From assembly GCA_964016885.1 (NCBI GenBank), contig OZ024741.1, forward strand, positions 401,202,001-401,266,000: a DNA stretch of 64,000 nt, read 5' to 3'. The notes under the pieces are model-generated. The model was not told the origin of the DNA. It ran no database searches and saw only the letters and a program-made list of their open reading frames with translations. The DNA is from Eledone cirrhosa (Eukaryota). Below are positions 48,701 to 60,560 of this stretch, one piece after another (position 1 is the stretch's first letter; every line of letters starts with the position of its first letter). A program made the position numbers and the translations under genes.

Positions 48701-50679
48701 CAGTGACACACATTGAGACACAGAGACACATTGAGACACAGAGACACACATTGAGACACAGAGACACACATTGAGACACAGAGACACATTGAGACACAGA
48801 GACACATTGAGACACAGAGACACACATTGAGACACAGAGACACATTGAGACACAGAGACACACATTGAGATACAGACACACATTGAGACACAGAGACACA
48901 CATTGAGACACAGAGACACATTGAGACACAGAGACACGTTGAGATACAGACACACATTGAGACACAGACACACATTGAGACACAGAGACACACAGAGACA
49001 TATTGAGACACAGAGACACATTGAGACACATAGAAACATTGAGACACAGAGACACACATTGAGACACAGAAGCACACATTGAGACACAGAGACACACATT
49101 GATCCACAGAGACACATTGAGACACAGACACACATTGAGACACAGAGACACTCATTGAGACACAGAGACACATTGAGACACAGAGACACATTGAGACACA
49201 GACACACATTGAGACACAAACACACATTGAGACACAGACACACATTGAGACACAGAGACACATTCAGACACAGAGACACACATTGAGACACAGAGACACA
49301 CATTTAAACACAGAGACACATTGAGACACAGGGACACATTGAGACACAGACACACATTGTGACCCAGAGACACATTGAGACACAGAGACACATTATGACG
49401 CATTGAGACACAGCCACACATTGAAACACAGAGACACATTGAGACACAGAGACACATTGAGATACAGAGACACATTGAGACACAGAGACACACATTGAGA
49501 CACAGACACACATTGAGACACAGACACTCATTGAGATAAAGAGACACATTGAGACACAGACACACATTGAGAAACAGACACTCATTGAGATACAGAGACA
49601 TATTGAGACACAGATACACACATTGAGACACAGACATACATTGAGACACAGAGACACATTGAGACACAGACACACACATTGAAACACAGAGACACATTGA
49701 GACACAGGGACACATTGAGACACGGACACACATTGACACACAGACACACATTGACACACAGACACATTGAGACACAGAGACACATTGAGACACAGATACA
49801 CATTGAGACTCAGAGACATATTGAGACACAGCCACACATTGAGTCACAGAGACACATTGAGATCCACAGACACATTGAGACACAGACACACATTGAGACA
49901 CAGAGACACATTGAGACACAGACACATTGAGACCCACATACACATTGAGACACAGACACACATTGAGACACAGATACACATTGAGACACAGAGACACTCA
50001 TTGAGACACAGAGACACTAATTGAGACACAGAGACACATAGACACATTGAAACACAGACACACATTGAGACACAGACACACATTGAGACACAAAGACACA
50101 TTGAGACACAGACACACATTGAGTCACAGACACACATTGAGACACAGACACAAATTGAGACTCAGAGAGATACATTGAGATACAGCGACACATTGAGACA
50201 CAGAGACACACATTGAGACACAGACACAAATTGAGACTCACAGACACATTGAGATACAGAAACACATTGAGACACAGACACACATTGAGACACAGACACT
50301 CATTGAGATAAAGAGACACATTGAGACACAGACACACATTGAGAAACAGACACTCATTGAGAAACAGAGACATATTGAGACACAGAGACACACATTGAGA
50401 CACAGACATACATTGAGACACAGAGACACATTGAGACACAGACACACACATTGAAACACAGAGACACATTGAGACACAGGGACACATTGAGACACAGACA
50501 CACATTGAGACACAGACACACATTGAGACACAGACACACATTGAGACACAGAGACACATTGAGACACAGACACACATTGAGACACAGACACACATTGAGA
50601 CACAGACACACATTGAGACACAGAGACACATTGAGCACAGATACACATTGAGACACAGAGACACATTGAGACACACATT
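45773..50679. repeat. 18-bp array, segment 3
   Basis: Same unit. Largely a copy of segment 2 up to ~49750. Last ATTGAG anchor at ~50665. Confidence 0.98.
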
Positions 50680-50940
50680 CATGCACACATCTACACACAA
50701 ACACACACACCTACACACACCCACATCTCCACATGCACACATCTACATACAAACACATTCACACACACACACACACATCTATACACAAACACATTCACAT
50801 ACACATCTACACACACACACATCTACACACGAACACATTCAAACACAGTGACATATTCAAATGCCCATTCAAACCCATTCAAACAGTGCCACAGACACAC
50901 ACATCCACACACACACAACCATACATACACATCCATACAT
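50680..50940. repeat. Degenerate (CA)n-rich tract ending the satellite
   Basis: ACAC runs interrupted by CATCT and CATTC submotifs. No ATTGAG anchor. Confidence 0.85.
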
Positions 50941-50958
50941 AAGGGTTCCTAAATCAAT

Positions 50959-51409
50959 TTAACCCTTTAATGTTCAAACCGGCAAAAACTAGCCAAAACC
51001 GGCCAGAATTCTCTACCTCTCTCTGTTGAAACTGGCTGTAACTGGCCACTGATACTGATTTTAAGGTATTGTTCTCAAAATAAATACTTTCAAAATCTCA
51101 TAGATTCGATATTATGTGAGATATTATGTAAGGTAAAGCCTTTACCATGAAAATACAATAGTATATATAGAGTAATGTAAATGTTATGTGAGATATTATG
51201 TGAGGTAAAGCTTTTACTGTGAAAATAAAATAGTATATATAGAGTAATGTAAATGTTATGTGAGATATTATGTGAGGTAAAGCCTTCATGTGAAAATACA
51301 ATAGTATATATAGCGTAATGTAAATGTTATGTGAGATATTATGTGAGGTAAAGCCTTAATGTGAAAATACAATAGTATATATAGAGTAATGTAAATGTTA
51401 AAGGGCTAA
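50959..51409 (+). mobile_element. piggyBac-type MITE with an internal 4x ~72-bp tandem expansion
   Basis: TTAA-CCCTTT…AAAGGG-CTAA ends. Body homologous to 53317-53546 (inverted) and 56433-56633. The TTATGTGAGATATTATG unit starts at 51112, 51184, 51256, 51327. Confidence 0.8.
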
Positions 51410-51656
51410 GATTCATCATGATAATTAAAAAGAGATTTATCTTTCATATGTTTGATGTGCAGCCTTAACGAAAGGCTGACCAATCAACAGCTGCTACAGA
51501 AATATAGTTTATGTGACAAACCTATGCCTCATCAGTGGTCAGCATGTTAGCAGTTTAGTAAATGTTGACTTGGTCAATAGTTTCTAATGGTCACACATTC
51601 CTCCTTTTGTGTACCATTCATGTCATGAGAAGGAAGAATTAGCTCGTTATTGATAG

Positions 51657-52357
51657 ATTTCTTTATTAGCCACAAGGGCGCAACAAGAAAAGGGGACAAT
51701 ACAAAGACATGCCGGGGATTTTACATACAGTCGTGTAAAAAATATAAAAACAAACAATTTCAACAATCGAAGTCCCCAATAGGGGGGAGGCGCCACAAAT
51801 GGGTTGTTTAATACCCCGTCGATAGAACAACCCTCAACTCCAGGAGCGTGTTGTGCAAGTGCTCCTTTCTTCCTTTTGCTCTCTTCCTCAACCTACAGGC
51901 TTATAAACAGAGAAGGCCCAATCACTCAGGCCATTTTCGCTTCATTCACCCACCTTTCAGTAAATTTACTGGGGTGCAGTGCCTCTCTCTCCACCCTGAT
52001 TCTCCTTCTAAAGTGATACTTAAAGAAGGGAATCAATTGTTGTCCGGAGAGAAAGGCATCTGTCCTCAGTCCTCTCAACCTCATCCACCATATAACTTCT
52101 TTCACCATAGCCACCGTACAGAGGAAAACCGCCTCTCTTTCGTTTTTGAAAGAGTCTGGCGGTTTGATCCTTACTATGGACTCGGCAGTCAACTGTATTT
52201 GTCCCATACGCGACAGCAGTTGTTCTGCATAGTTCCACAGGTCGCTTACGCCCGGGCAGAGTACAATTGCGTGCAGAACTGTTTCAATGTCCTACGCACA
52301 TCTTGGACACGTCCTCTTGGAAGGATCCCTGCCAGGGCGTCCGTGCCTGTAGATCTT
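51657..52357 (-). mobile_element. Tx1/L1-clade retrotransposon, copy 3 (3' ~700 bp only)
   Basis: Highly similar to 34475-35177, same AATAAAGAAAT terminus, different flanks, private nonsense codon at 51926. Confidence 0.92.
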
Positions 52358-52400
52358 CAGGGCAACAGATTCATAAGTGACTCGTTAAGGTGATCAGTTA

Positions 52401-53271
52401 ATCATCATCATCATCATCATCATCGTTTAACGTCCATCTTCCACGCTAGCATGGGTTAGACGGTTTTGTTCCATTTGATGCGGAAATGGTCGGGAGACCG
52501 TGTCTCACTCTCACGGAAGTGTCTCTGGCAGGTTTCTTACAGCTGGATGCCCTTCCTAACACCAACCACATTTACAGTGTGGACTGAGAGCCTTTTCACC
52601 GTATCTTTTACATGGCCACCTTACAGTGTGGACTGTTGTGTCATCGACACAGTGGACGGAACGGAGAGCGAGGGTGGGGTAGGTTGTGGCAGTGGGGTGT
52701 ACATTGAGTTAAAAGGTGCCTACTGACTGTAGGTTTGTATGCAATGGTAGTTGGGTCTTCTGTACAACTGCATGGCGCCAAAGGTCTCGATCCAGTGTCA
52801 TTGTCTTAGAGAGGTGTAGGTGGGCAAGGTCAGTTTTTATCACCTCGTCCCAGGTTTTTTTTGGTCTACCCACTCCGCCATTTCCATCAATTTTCATTGC
52901 CCTGTACTTTTTAATACAGCTGTCATCCTTCATACACATCACATGTCCATACCAAAGCAATCTCCTCTCCAGAACACAACATTTGATACCTCTTATGCTT
53001 AGTCTCCCTCTTAGTTCGTTTATGCTTCGCGCACATTATTACTATTACACATCCATTGGAGCATGCAAGCTTCATTTCTTTCTAATCTACGCAGGTCTTC
53101 AGCACACAATGCCCAAGTCTCACTACCATGTAATATCGCCATTCGCATACATGCATCATACAATCTGCCTTTCATTTTTAGAGAAAAACCCCTTGTGGCC
53201 AACAGTGGTATTAGCTCTCTGAACTTTTTCCACCCCGTTCTAACTCTGGTTACTACACTTTCAGAGCACCC
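52401..53271 (-). mobile_element. 5'-truncated RTE-clade LINE with (ATC/GAT)n tail
   Basis: GWKKFREL…KGRLYDAC…LHGSETW…WYGHV…GRPKKTW C-terminal RTE motifs, followed by a 3' UTR and trinucleotide tail. Confidence 0.88.
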
Positions 53272-53316
53272 TGAAAATTAAATTACTGTTCTTAATCAAA
53301 GATGCTATTCTTTTCC

Positions 53317-53546
53317 TTAACCCTTTATCATTTACATTACTCTATATTTACTATTATATTTTCATGGTAAAGGCTTTACCTCACATAATTATCTCACATA
53401 ATATCGAATCTATGAGATTTTGATATTATTTATTTTGAGAACAATACCTTAACATCAGTATGAGTGGCCAGTTACTGCCAGTTTGACTAGATAGAGGTGA
53501 GAGAATTCTGGTTGGGTACAGCCAGTTTAAAGGCTAAAAGGGTTAA
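53317..53546 (-). mobile_element. Intact ~230-bp piggyBac-type MITE
   Basis: TTAA-CCCTTT…AAAGGG-TTAA, i.e. a TTAA target duplication with CCC-initiated terminal inverted repeats. Noncoding. Confidence 0.85.
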
Positions 53547-54029
53547 AATAAGTCTCGAAAATCTACTGTGTATCTTGGAGACCAAAACTTGCATTTCTCA
53601 TATGCATATCTTTACCCCAGAGAAATATTATCTCTGCTAGACAGTAATCTGAACTCCTGTAGATGAACCCTCAATGAAGTAAATAAATTAAACTTAGTTA
53701 AAGTAGTAAATAAATAAAAGTATTATAAAAAATAAAAAAATATATAAACAATCACAAAACTTAATTCTTGTATGGGCGAAGTCTGGTAGTCAAGGTAACT
53801 GATGGGTGATGTTATTACGTTGTGTATCAATATTACTGGTATTTTCCCTCTCTTCAAACCTGGTTTTAAGGGAACGCTAGTGGCAAAAGAAGTAAAACTG
53901 TGCTGTTAAAAGGGTTTACCAACAAATATTAATAACAAGACTTATTTTTATGTTTATTATTTTTTTTTCAAATTTTTGGTTGTCAAAATTGGGTGGGACT
54001 TCATTGATGGGAAATATGGTACTTCAGTG

Positions 54030-55235
54030 GAACTTCACTCACATGTAGAGTGCACTGTGCAGGCTTCATCGAGTGTCTTAGGCTTTGCAACCTTGATTTT
54101 CATTCTAGCTGTGCAACACTTGGCAGCAAACCTATCAAGTGCATGTCAGAGATCACCTTCTCATGCGTTAAGTAATACCATATCATCTACAAATTCCAGT
54201 CATCAGATCCTACACCTGTCAGACTTGATACCACGTCCAACCTCATGTCAATCTCGTCCAAGAAGATTATAAGAAGAAGAGGTGACAGTACACACCCTTG
54301 GTGGATCCTGAAACCCACATTGAATGGTTTCAACTTAGCACCATTTACCAAAAGACAAATACTAGAGCATTCATAAACATACATCAGAGCTGTCTATCGA
54401 TCTTATACTCCTGCAGAACCTTCTACAATAGGTCCCATGGAGTACAGTCATGTCTTTTTGAGGTCTACGAAACAAGATTATACCTCTTGGCAATATTCCC
54501 ATGATTTCTCAAAGACCTGCTGTAGAGTTGATATTTGGTCAGCTGTGTTGTGTCTGGGGCAAAAATCACACTGTTCATTGGCTAGCTTAGACTCAACAAT
54601 ATCCCTACATCTCTTTGTCAGACCCTTATCATAGACTTTACTAGGGAGGTTCAGGGATCATGAGATCCTCTATAATTAGAGAAATTGCTCTTGCCTCCCC
54701 ATTTTTGAAAATTAGGATTATCACTCCCAATTGCCAATACTTAGGTGCCTTTTAGAGATCCAGGGCAACACACAATCAACCAAAGAATACCTTCTTTATT
54801 TAAGGCTTTTAACATCTCAGGCCAAATTTCAACCTCTCCAGCAGCTTTGACATATTTGAGTTCTTTAATTGCTCTTGTGGCCTCAGCCTCCGAGAGATTA
54901 GTCATTGCTCCCAGATGCACCTTGTGTACATCAGAAGATGCTGTTGTGATTGGGTTTAGGAGATCAGCAAAGCATTCTCTCCACCTCGCAAGGATGCACC
55001 TCTCAGAAGAAAGGAGAAGCCCAGACATGTTCCTGAGAGCAGGTGAGGGGGAGGAAGTTGGTGAATGGTTTGCCAGAACCCTTTCCTCCCATGTCTTAAC
55101 TTTGGACACCTTTACTGTCTCAGTTGAGGATTTTCACACCTGCAAGAAGGACTTATTTCCAAGCCAAGAATTGTAAATCTCCATCTTTCCTCGGATGGCA
55201 TCTTAGACTCCTTGATTGAACCAAGGAGCCCTCCT
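54030..55235 (-). mobile_element. Degenerate RTE-clade LINE RT fragment (older)
   Basis: ILARWRECFADLLN, KAAGEVEIWPEMLK and QGCVLSPLL motifs across several frames with stops. Boundaries approximate. Confidence 0.8.
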
Positions 55236-55377
55236 GCCCCCAGTGCCACACCAAGCCCCTTTCACCTGCAGTATTTAACAACTGAAGCAGAAACTACCTT
55301 ACAGATTTTATTGACAATATAATATTAAATTGTTTATATGTAAACAAAACTTATTCACAATCATTTTTATTAACAAA

Positions 55378-55547
55378 GGGAGGTGGATTGGCAGAATCGG
55401 TAGAGCATCGGACAACATGCTTTGCAGCATAGAGTACTGATTTCAAATCTCACTGAGGTTAGCTTTGCTTTTCATCCTTCTGGGGTCGATTTAACTGACT
55501 TTCCCCTCCAGCAAAATTGTTGGCCTTGTGCCTAAATCAGAAACCAA
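55378..55547 (+). mobile_element. tRNA-derived SINE with 10-bp TSD
   Basis: A-box-like TGGCAGAATCGG and B-box-like TTTCAAATC. TATTAACAAA flanks it at 55368-55377 and 55548-55557. Confidence 0.8.
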
Positions 55548-55559
55548 TATTAACAAATA

Positions 55560-55762
55560 AGGGTGTTGGAAATGACAGAATTATTAGTGTTGTGGTATTT
55601 GCTTTGACTCTTTATGTTCTGAGTTCAAATCCCACTAAGGCCAACTCTGTCTTTCATTCCTCCAGGATCAATAAAATATAGTAAGTACCAGTCAAATATT
55701 AGGGGTGATGTAATCAAATGTTCTCCTCTCCTCCAATTACTATCCTTGTGACTAATTTAGCA
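55560..55762 (+). mobile_element. Second, more diverged copy of the same SINE family
   Basis: GAGTTCAAATCCC…CTTTCATTCC…GTACCAGTC…CCTTGTG colinear with the neighbouring copies. Confidence 0.7.
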
Positions 55763-56432
55763 AGTTGAGTAATTCTCAGTACAGGACTTACCTCTAAGCT
55801 AAATAGCTTAGGGCCACAAAAGCTCGGGGACCTCATTTTAAAAATATATATTTATATTTTTTCATAAGTTTTCATTCTTTAACACTAAATCATCCAAAAA
55901 ATCTTGTCTGATGACCATGTGGTAAAGAGGCAAAACTCAAGAAATTAATGCATGCAAAATTTCACAGCTCTAGCATCACTCTTTTATAATCATCCTCTGA
56001 ACTTTTCAGCCGATCTTTGTATAATTATTATTATCAATTTTTTTTTAGATAAAGGCCTCAAATTTCATATAGCTTAGGGCTTCAGCAGGTGAAAGTTGGG
56101 TCTTAATGACCCTGTTGGGTTTTGACTATTTTTATATTTTTAGAAAAGTTAGAACACTGGACCCAATGTCTCACAATATTTTGTTATGCATCTTTATGTT
56201 CTCCATATGACTGAGGAAAATCCTTGGTGTCAAATGGAATGACTTTATTACAATTAAAGACCCCTTACAGAGAACAAACATGTCAGTAGCCAGTAATGGC
56301 AACATTTTTCAAAAGGTGTCTTGGCTGGCGTGAACACCTTTCCGAGCAGCCACAAACAAGTTGAATCAACCAAAACGAACCTTTGTTGGTTAGGACACAC
56401 TTTCAAGTTGCCACGAATGAGACCAGCCAACC

Positions 56433-57492
56433 TTAACCCTTTAGCATTTAAACCAGCCAAATCCAGTCAGAATTCTCTCACCTCTTTCTGTTCAAACTGG
56501 CTGTAACTGGCCACTCATAAGGTATTGTTCTCAAAATAAATAATATCAAAATCTCATAAATTTGATATTATGTGAGATAATAATGTTAGGTAAAGCCTTT
56601 ACCATGAAAATATAATAGTAAATATAGAGTAATCATCATCATCATCATCATCGTTTAACGTCCATCTTCCACGCGAGCATGGGTTTGGACGGGAATTTTC
56701 CCACTTGAGGCAAGATTGGTTGTCTTGCTCGTACAGGACTATCTGGCGGGTTTTCTACGGCTGGATGCCCTTCCTAACACCAACCACGTTTATAGTGTGG
56801 ACTGGGAGGTTTTTACCGTGTTACCTACACGGCCACATTACAGCGTGGACTGTGTTTTTTTTGTCGTGACACCTACACGACCTCATTTATTTCAGACTGG
56901 ATGTTGTGGTACCAACATAACTTTACATCGAAAGAGGTGGTGTGGATGGGGTGGGTGTAGTGGGACGAGGTGTATTTTTGTTAAGAGGTGCCTACTGACT
57001 GTAGGTTTCTCTTTGTACTTAGGCAAGGCGGGTCTTCTGTATTACTGTGTAGCGCCAAAGATCTCTGTCTAGTGACATTGTCTTGGAGAGGTGTAAGTGT
57101 GTGAGGTCGGAATTTATCAAGTCGTCCCAGGTTTTTCTTGGTCTGCCTCCTACGTGGCTACCGTCTATTTTTATCGCCCTGCACTTTTTTATACAGCTGT
57201 CGTCTTTCATGCGCATCACGTGACTCTACCAACGTAGTCTTCTCTCAAGTAAACAACATCTGATCCCTCTTATTCCTAATTTCTCCCTTAGTTCATTTAT
57301 GCTTTGCCGTTCACATATATTACTATTACCTATCCAACGGAGCATGCAAGCTTCATTCCTCTCCAGTCTGCGCAGGTCCTCTGCACGTAATGCCCAAGTC
57401 TCACTGCCATGTAACATTGCTGTTCATATGCAGGCATCATACAGCCTGCCTTTCATTTTTAGAGAGAACCCTTGTAAATGATAAAGAGTTAA
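56433..57492 (+). mobile_element. piggyBac-type MITE split by an RTE insertion
   Basis: TTAACCCTTT at 56433. The body runs to …GAGTAAT (56633) and resumes GTAAATGATAAAGAGTTAA at 57474-57492. Confidence 0.82.
56632..57475 (-). mobile_element. 5'-truncated RTE-clade LINE, same family as 52401-53271
   Basis: LHGSETWALRAEDLRRLERNE…RRLRW…GRPRKTW and an (ATC)n tail. Confidence 0.88.
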
Positions 57493-57824
57493 CGTCCCTT
57501 AGCTGGTTTGGACACCTTTCCAAACTGCCACCAACGAAACCAGCAAACCAAACTTTGCGCTTGGTAGTGGGAGGTAAAAGAAAGTGAAGAAGACCTAAAA
57601 TTAATTGGCACCAGAACATGATGTAGGATTTATGAATGGAGAACAAGGAATAGAAGGATGTACTTGCTCTGGTTGGGTACAGTCAAGGCTGGATCAGCCT
57701 GACTTCCTCATGTATCTCATGACATGGGAGCTTCTAAGTAAGACTATGTTCTGAATTAAAACAGTACTTACTATGTCTAACTTTACTCTTTAATCATTCC
57801 AAGATCATTAAAATTAGTAATAAT

Positions 57825-58006
57825 TGTTTCTACTTTTGGCACAAGGCCAGCAATCACCCAGTACATTACTGGTACTTTATTTTATCGACCCCGTAAGGAT
57901 GAAAGGCAAAGTCAACCTCGGTGGGATTTGAACTCAGATCGTAAGGGGACGTAACTATGCTGGAAAGCATGGCGTCCGACCCTCTACCGATACTGCCAAT
58001 CCACCA
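57825..58006 (-). mobile_element. tRNA-derived SINE with 9-bp TSD
   Basis: Reverse complement of the 55378 family. AGTAATAAT at 57816-57824 and 58007-58015. Confidence 0.8.
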
Positions 58007-58585
58007 AGTAATAATAACACAGGATTAATTCCCTAAAAATCTGTGGTCCTCTTTCAAAGCTATAAATTAGAATAAAATATTACAATGAATTTTCATGTTG
58101 AAATGAAATAAAATATATTTTCTGATAATTTGAAGTGTCTTCGTGGTGTCTTTCAATCGATGTAATAGCATTTATCTATTTATTCATAATTGAGAAGAAG
58201 ACAAAGTAACAGGTGCTTCCAATCAATAGAACAATGTTTGTCTTTTCATTTTGGCTGAAGATTTAAATGACTGTAAAGGAATAATTATCTTTTTATGTAA
58301 TAAATTGATTTTGCAATAGAAATTGATAAACAAATATCTTGAGTTTACTTCCATGAAATATCAGAAAATGGATCTGTATAATCACCTCACATATTTTTTA
58401 ATGTCTCGGCTTAAAATATAATAAACATTGAGATTAAAATATAAAGAAGGTTGGGAAGGTTAAAGCAAATAGTTGTCCTGCTTTCTAGCAAATTAGGCAA
58501 AAATTAAAAATATATGAATAAAGTTTGTACATTGAATGATATTGACATTCCAGCATTGATCTAATCCAAGAGATCTAAAAGAGAC

Positions 58586-58770
58586 ATCATCATCATCATC
58601 ATCACCAACACCATTTAATGTCCATTTTTCTACACTAGCATGGGTTAGATGAGTTGTCCCAATGTGAGACAAGTCTCAGATCAGATGACCATGTCTTGCA
58701 CACCCAGAACTGTTTCTGGCTTGGTTTCTATGGCTGGATGCCCTTCCTAATGCCAACCACATTTACATGG
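58586..58770 (-). mobile_element. RTE 3'-UTR-only fragment (similar copies ~60674-60940 and ~63660-63780)
   Basis: (CAT)n + CTAGCATGGGTTAGA + GCTGGATGCCCTTCCTAA, shared with the RTE copies. Confidence 0.75.
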
Positions 58771-59184
58771 ACTGCTTGCCTGTTATCGTAGCACCAAACA
58801 CAATCCTTTTTCAGGGTGGAGAATTCTGGCCGGATATGGCTGGTTTAAATGCTAAAGCGTTAAGGTTGGCTGGTCTCATTCGTGGCAATTTGAAAGTGTG
58901 TTCTAACCAACAAAGGTACATTTTGGTTGGTTCAACTTGTTTGTGGCTGCCTGGAAAGGTGTCCAAACCAGCCAAGACACCTTTTGCAAATGACCACTTT
59001 ACAAGGTGGACTGAGTACTGATGCCAAACATAGGCTGGGCCAGGTTAAAGCTAATAGTCGTCCACTTGCAAGAAACATAGTAAAAAATTTATTTATTAGA
59101 AACTTACATTGAAAAAATATTTAAATGAAACAAAAAAGAGGAAAGAGAAAGATGCAATAAACAAAAAGAAGGAAAGAACAGACT

Positions 59185-59400
59185 CTACACTCCAGTCTGA
59201 GTGGTGATTTGGCTGTACTCCACAGACAGAATGGTGAAATTATTGCCATGGAGAACGGCCAGCCAGACCAGCTGCAACAGCCATCCAGCCTCACAGGGCT
59301 CTTTCCTCAGGCAGGCTGCTGTCTTTCCAATTTTTCAAAGGAAATCAGCAATGCAAGGACCAAGGACACCAGAGACCTCATCGGTGGGCCTGGTTTGCTC
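59185..59400 (-). mobile_element. Probable CRE-clade (RLE-endonuclease) retrotransposon C-terminal remnant
   Basis: Minus frame reads EVSGVLGPCIADFL*KIGKTAACLRKEPCEAGWLLQLVWLAVLHGNNFTILS. This resembles the CRE consensus ET.G..GP…FL..LG…EPRE..WL.QR..LAV.RGN…IL (from recall). Confidence 0.6.
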
Positions 59401-60026
59401 ATTGAAGAATGTTTCCAGTATTTATCTGTGCCAATCTCTAAAAGAGACATGATGCTAAGAATTAAAAAATAATGTAATTAATAACAATTATAATTTTCTA
59501 AATTTTGATTAAAATGTGTTTCATGGCTATATTTTATATTAAATCCACCAAACTGTCAGAAGCATCCATTTCCGATTGATTCAGCTGGATCCCCAAGTGA
59601 GACCAGCTGTGCTAATGGATGTTATCCAATCATCTAGCTCAAGGTCTGCCCCCAACAAAACTATATATTTTACTTTAAGATATTAATTTAACAAGAAACC
59701 AGAAAGCCTAAATAACCCCTAACTAAAACCAGAAGGCCTTATTACAATTAGAAAAGTGAGAAATTTCAAACTGTGTACTGCATGAAGACATCTTTTACAT
59801 ACCAGATGTCTTATAGATGTTGTATGATGGTCAGTTATTATTTGATTGGGATGAACGATTTTCAACTCCTTTAACAGATGTAAGTGAATCCCTTTAAGGT
59901 TTGGATTTGAGTAAGACACTTTATTTCATGTTGCTAACTTATAACTCTAATAATGGTATTTAGTATCATTAACAGTTATAGCTAGAATCTTAACAACCAC
60001 CTTCACTCTGTCTTTCTGACACTACA

Positions 60027-60560
60027 ATAGTGAAGGTACATGGCTTAGTGGTTAAAGAATCAGATTCACAATCATGAGGTTGAGAGTTTGATTCCTAGAC
60101 CAGAAGATGTGTTATATTCTTGAGACATTTATTTCATGTTGCTCTTTCTGTCAGGAGTTGTGACTGGTAGATAGTACCAGTAATGGAAAGACCAATGAAA
60201 ACATTGTTTCCTTGGTCTGATCTGATGAGTTCCACCCAACTTGGTAAATGAATGAGGTCTGGGATCTTGTTAATTGTCTCCCAGACAAGATATATAAAAT
60301 AAAAGCCTCTTACAGTTCATCTGTACATGATAGTGAAGGCATGTGGCTTAGTGGTGAAGTTGTGGTTCGACTCCCGAACCAAGTTGTGCATTATGTTCTT
60401 GAGCAAGACTCTTTATTTCATGTTGAACTCTCTGCCAAAGTTGTGACTGGTATATAGTATAAGTAATGGAAAGACCAATGGATACATTGTTTCTTTGGAC
60501 TGATTTGATGAGTTCCACCCCATTTGGTAAGCAAGGGAAGTCTGGGGTCTTGTCGATTGT
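60027..60560 (+). mobile_element. Two head-to-tail copies of a second tRNA-headed SINE (~60027-60275, ~60329-60560); inverted 3' part at ~61128-61243
   Basis: ATAGTGAAGG..ATGGCTTAGTGG (A box), GTTCGACTCC/GTTTGATTCC (B box) and a shared body GTAATGGAAAGACCAATG…GATGAGTTCCACCC. Confidence 0.75.

Larger units (their letters stand above)
33760..49750. repeat. Tandem segmental duplication (~33760-42091 and ~42092-49750)
   Basis: Island sequences and ORF-track entries are offset by exactly 8332 bp (34711 vs 43043; 37427 vs 45759). The offset then becomes 7625 (38933 vs 46558) and 7607 (41545 vs 49152) after indels in the satellite part. Confidence 0.92.
56205..57640 (+). mobile_element. Old RTE-type LINE remnant (host of nested insertions at 56433-57492)
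   Basis: LRKILGVKWNDFIT…LCWLGHTFKLPRMRPAN on the left. LSWFGHLSKLPPTKPANQTLRLVVGGKRK*RRPKINW on the right. Confidence 0.7.

Noticed and set aside
3262-50679. Telomeric repeat or telomere-associated retrotransposon array
   Set aside because: No TTAGGG/TTAGG tracts are present, and the LINEs are truncated, dead and duplicated passively.
3211-50742. Hundreds of long Cys/Val/Ser-rich (minus) and HRDTLR/HIETQ (plus) ORFs, up to 794 aa
   Set aside because: The consensus unit has no stop codon in any minus frame. ORFs overlap in all frames and shift freely at 20-bp units, so there is no sign of frame preservation.
51657-52357. Third Tx1 copy as a third period of the 8.3-kb duplication (offset 8850)
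   Set aside because: Different flanks on both sides, a different truncation point and more substitutions point to an independent insertion.
59201-59472. Plus-strand 83/87-aa ORFs as a host exon
   Set aside because: The opposite strand better matches a decayed retrotransposon C-terminus, and there is no convincing splice context.
55378-60560. tRNA genes
   Set aside because: The A/B-box-like heads run into SINE bodies, some with TSDs, and I cannot fold a cloverleaf.
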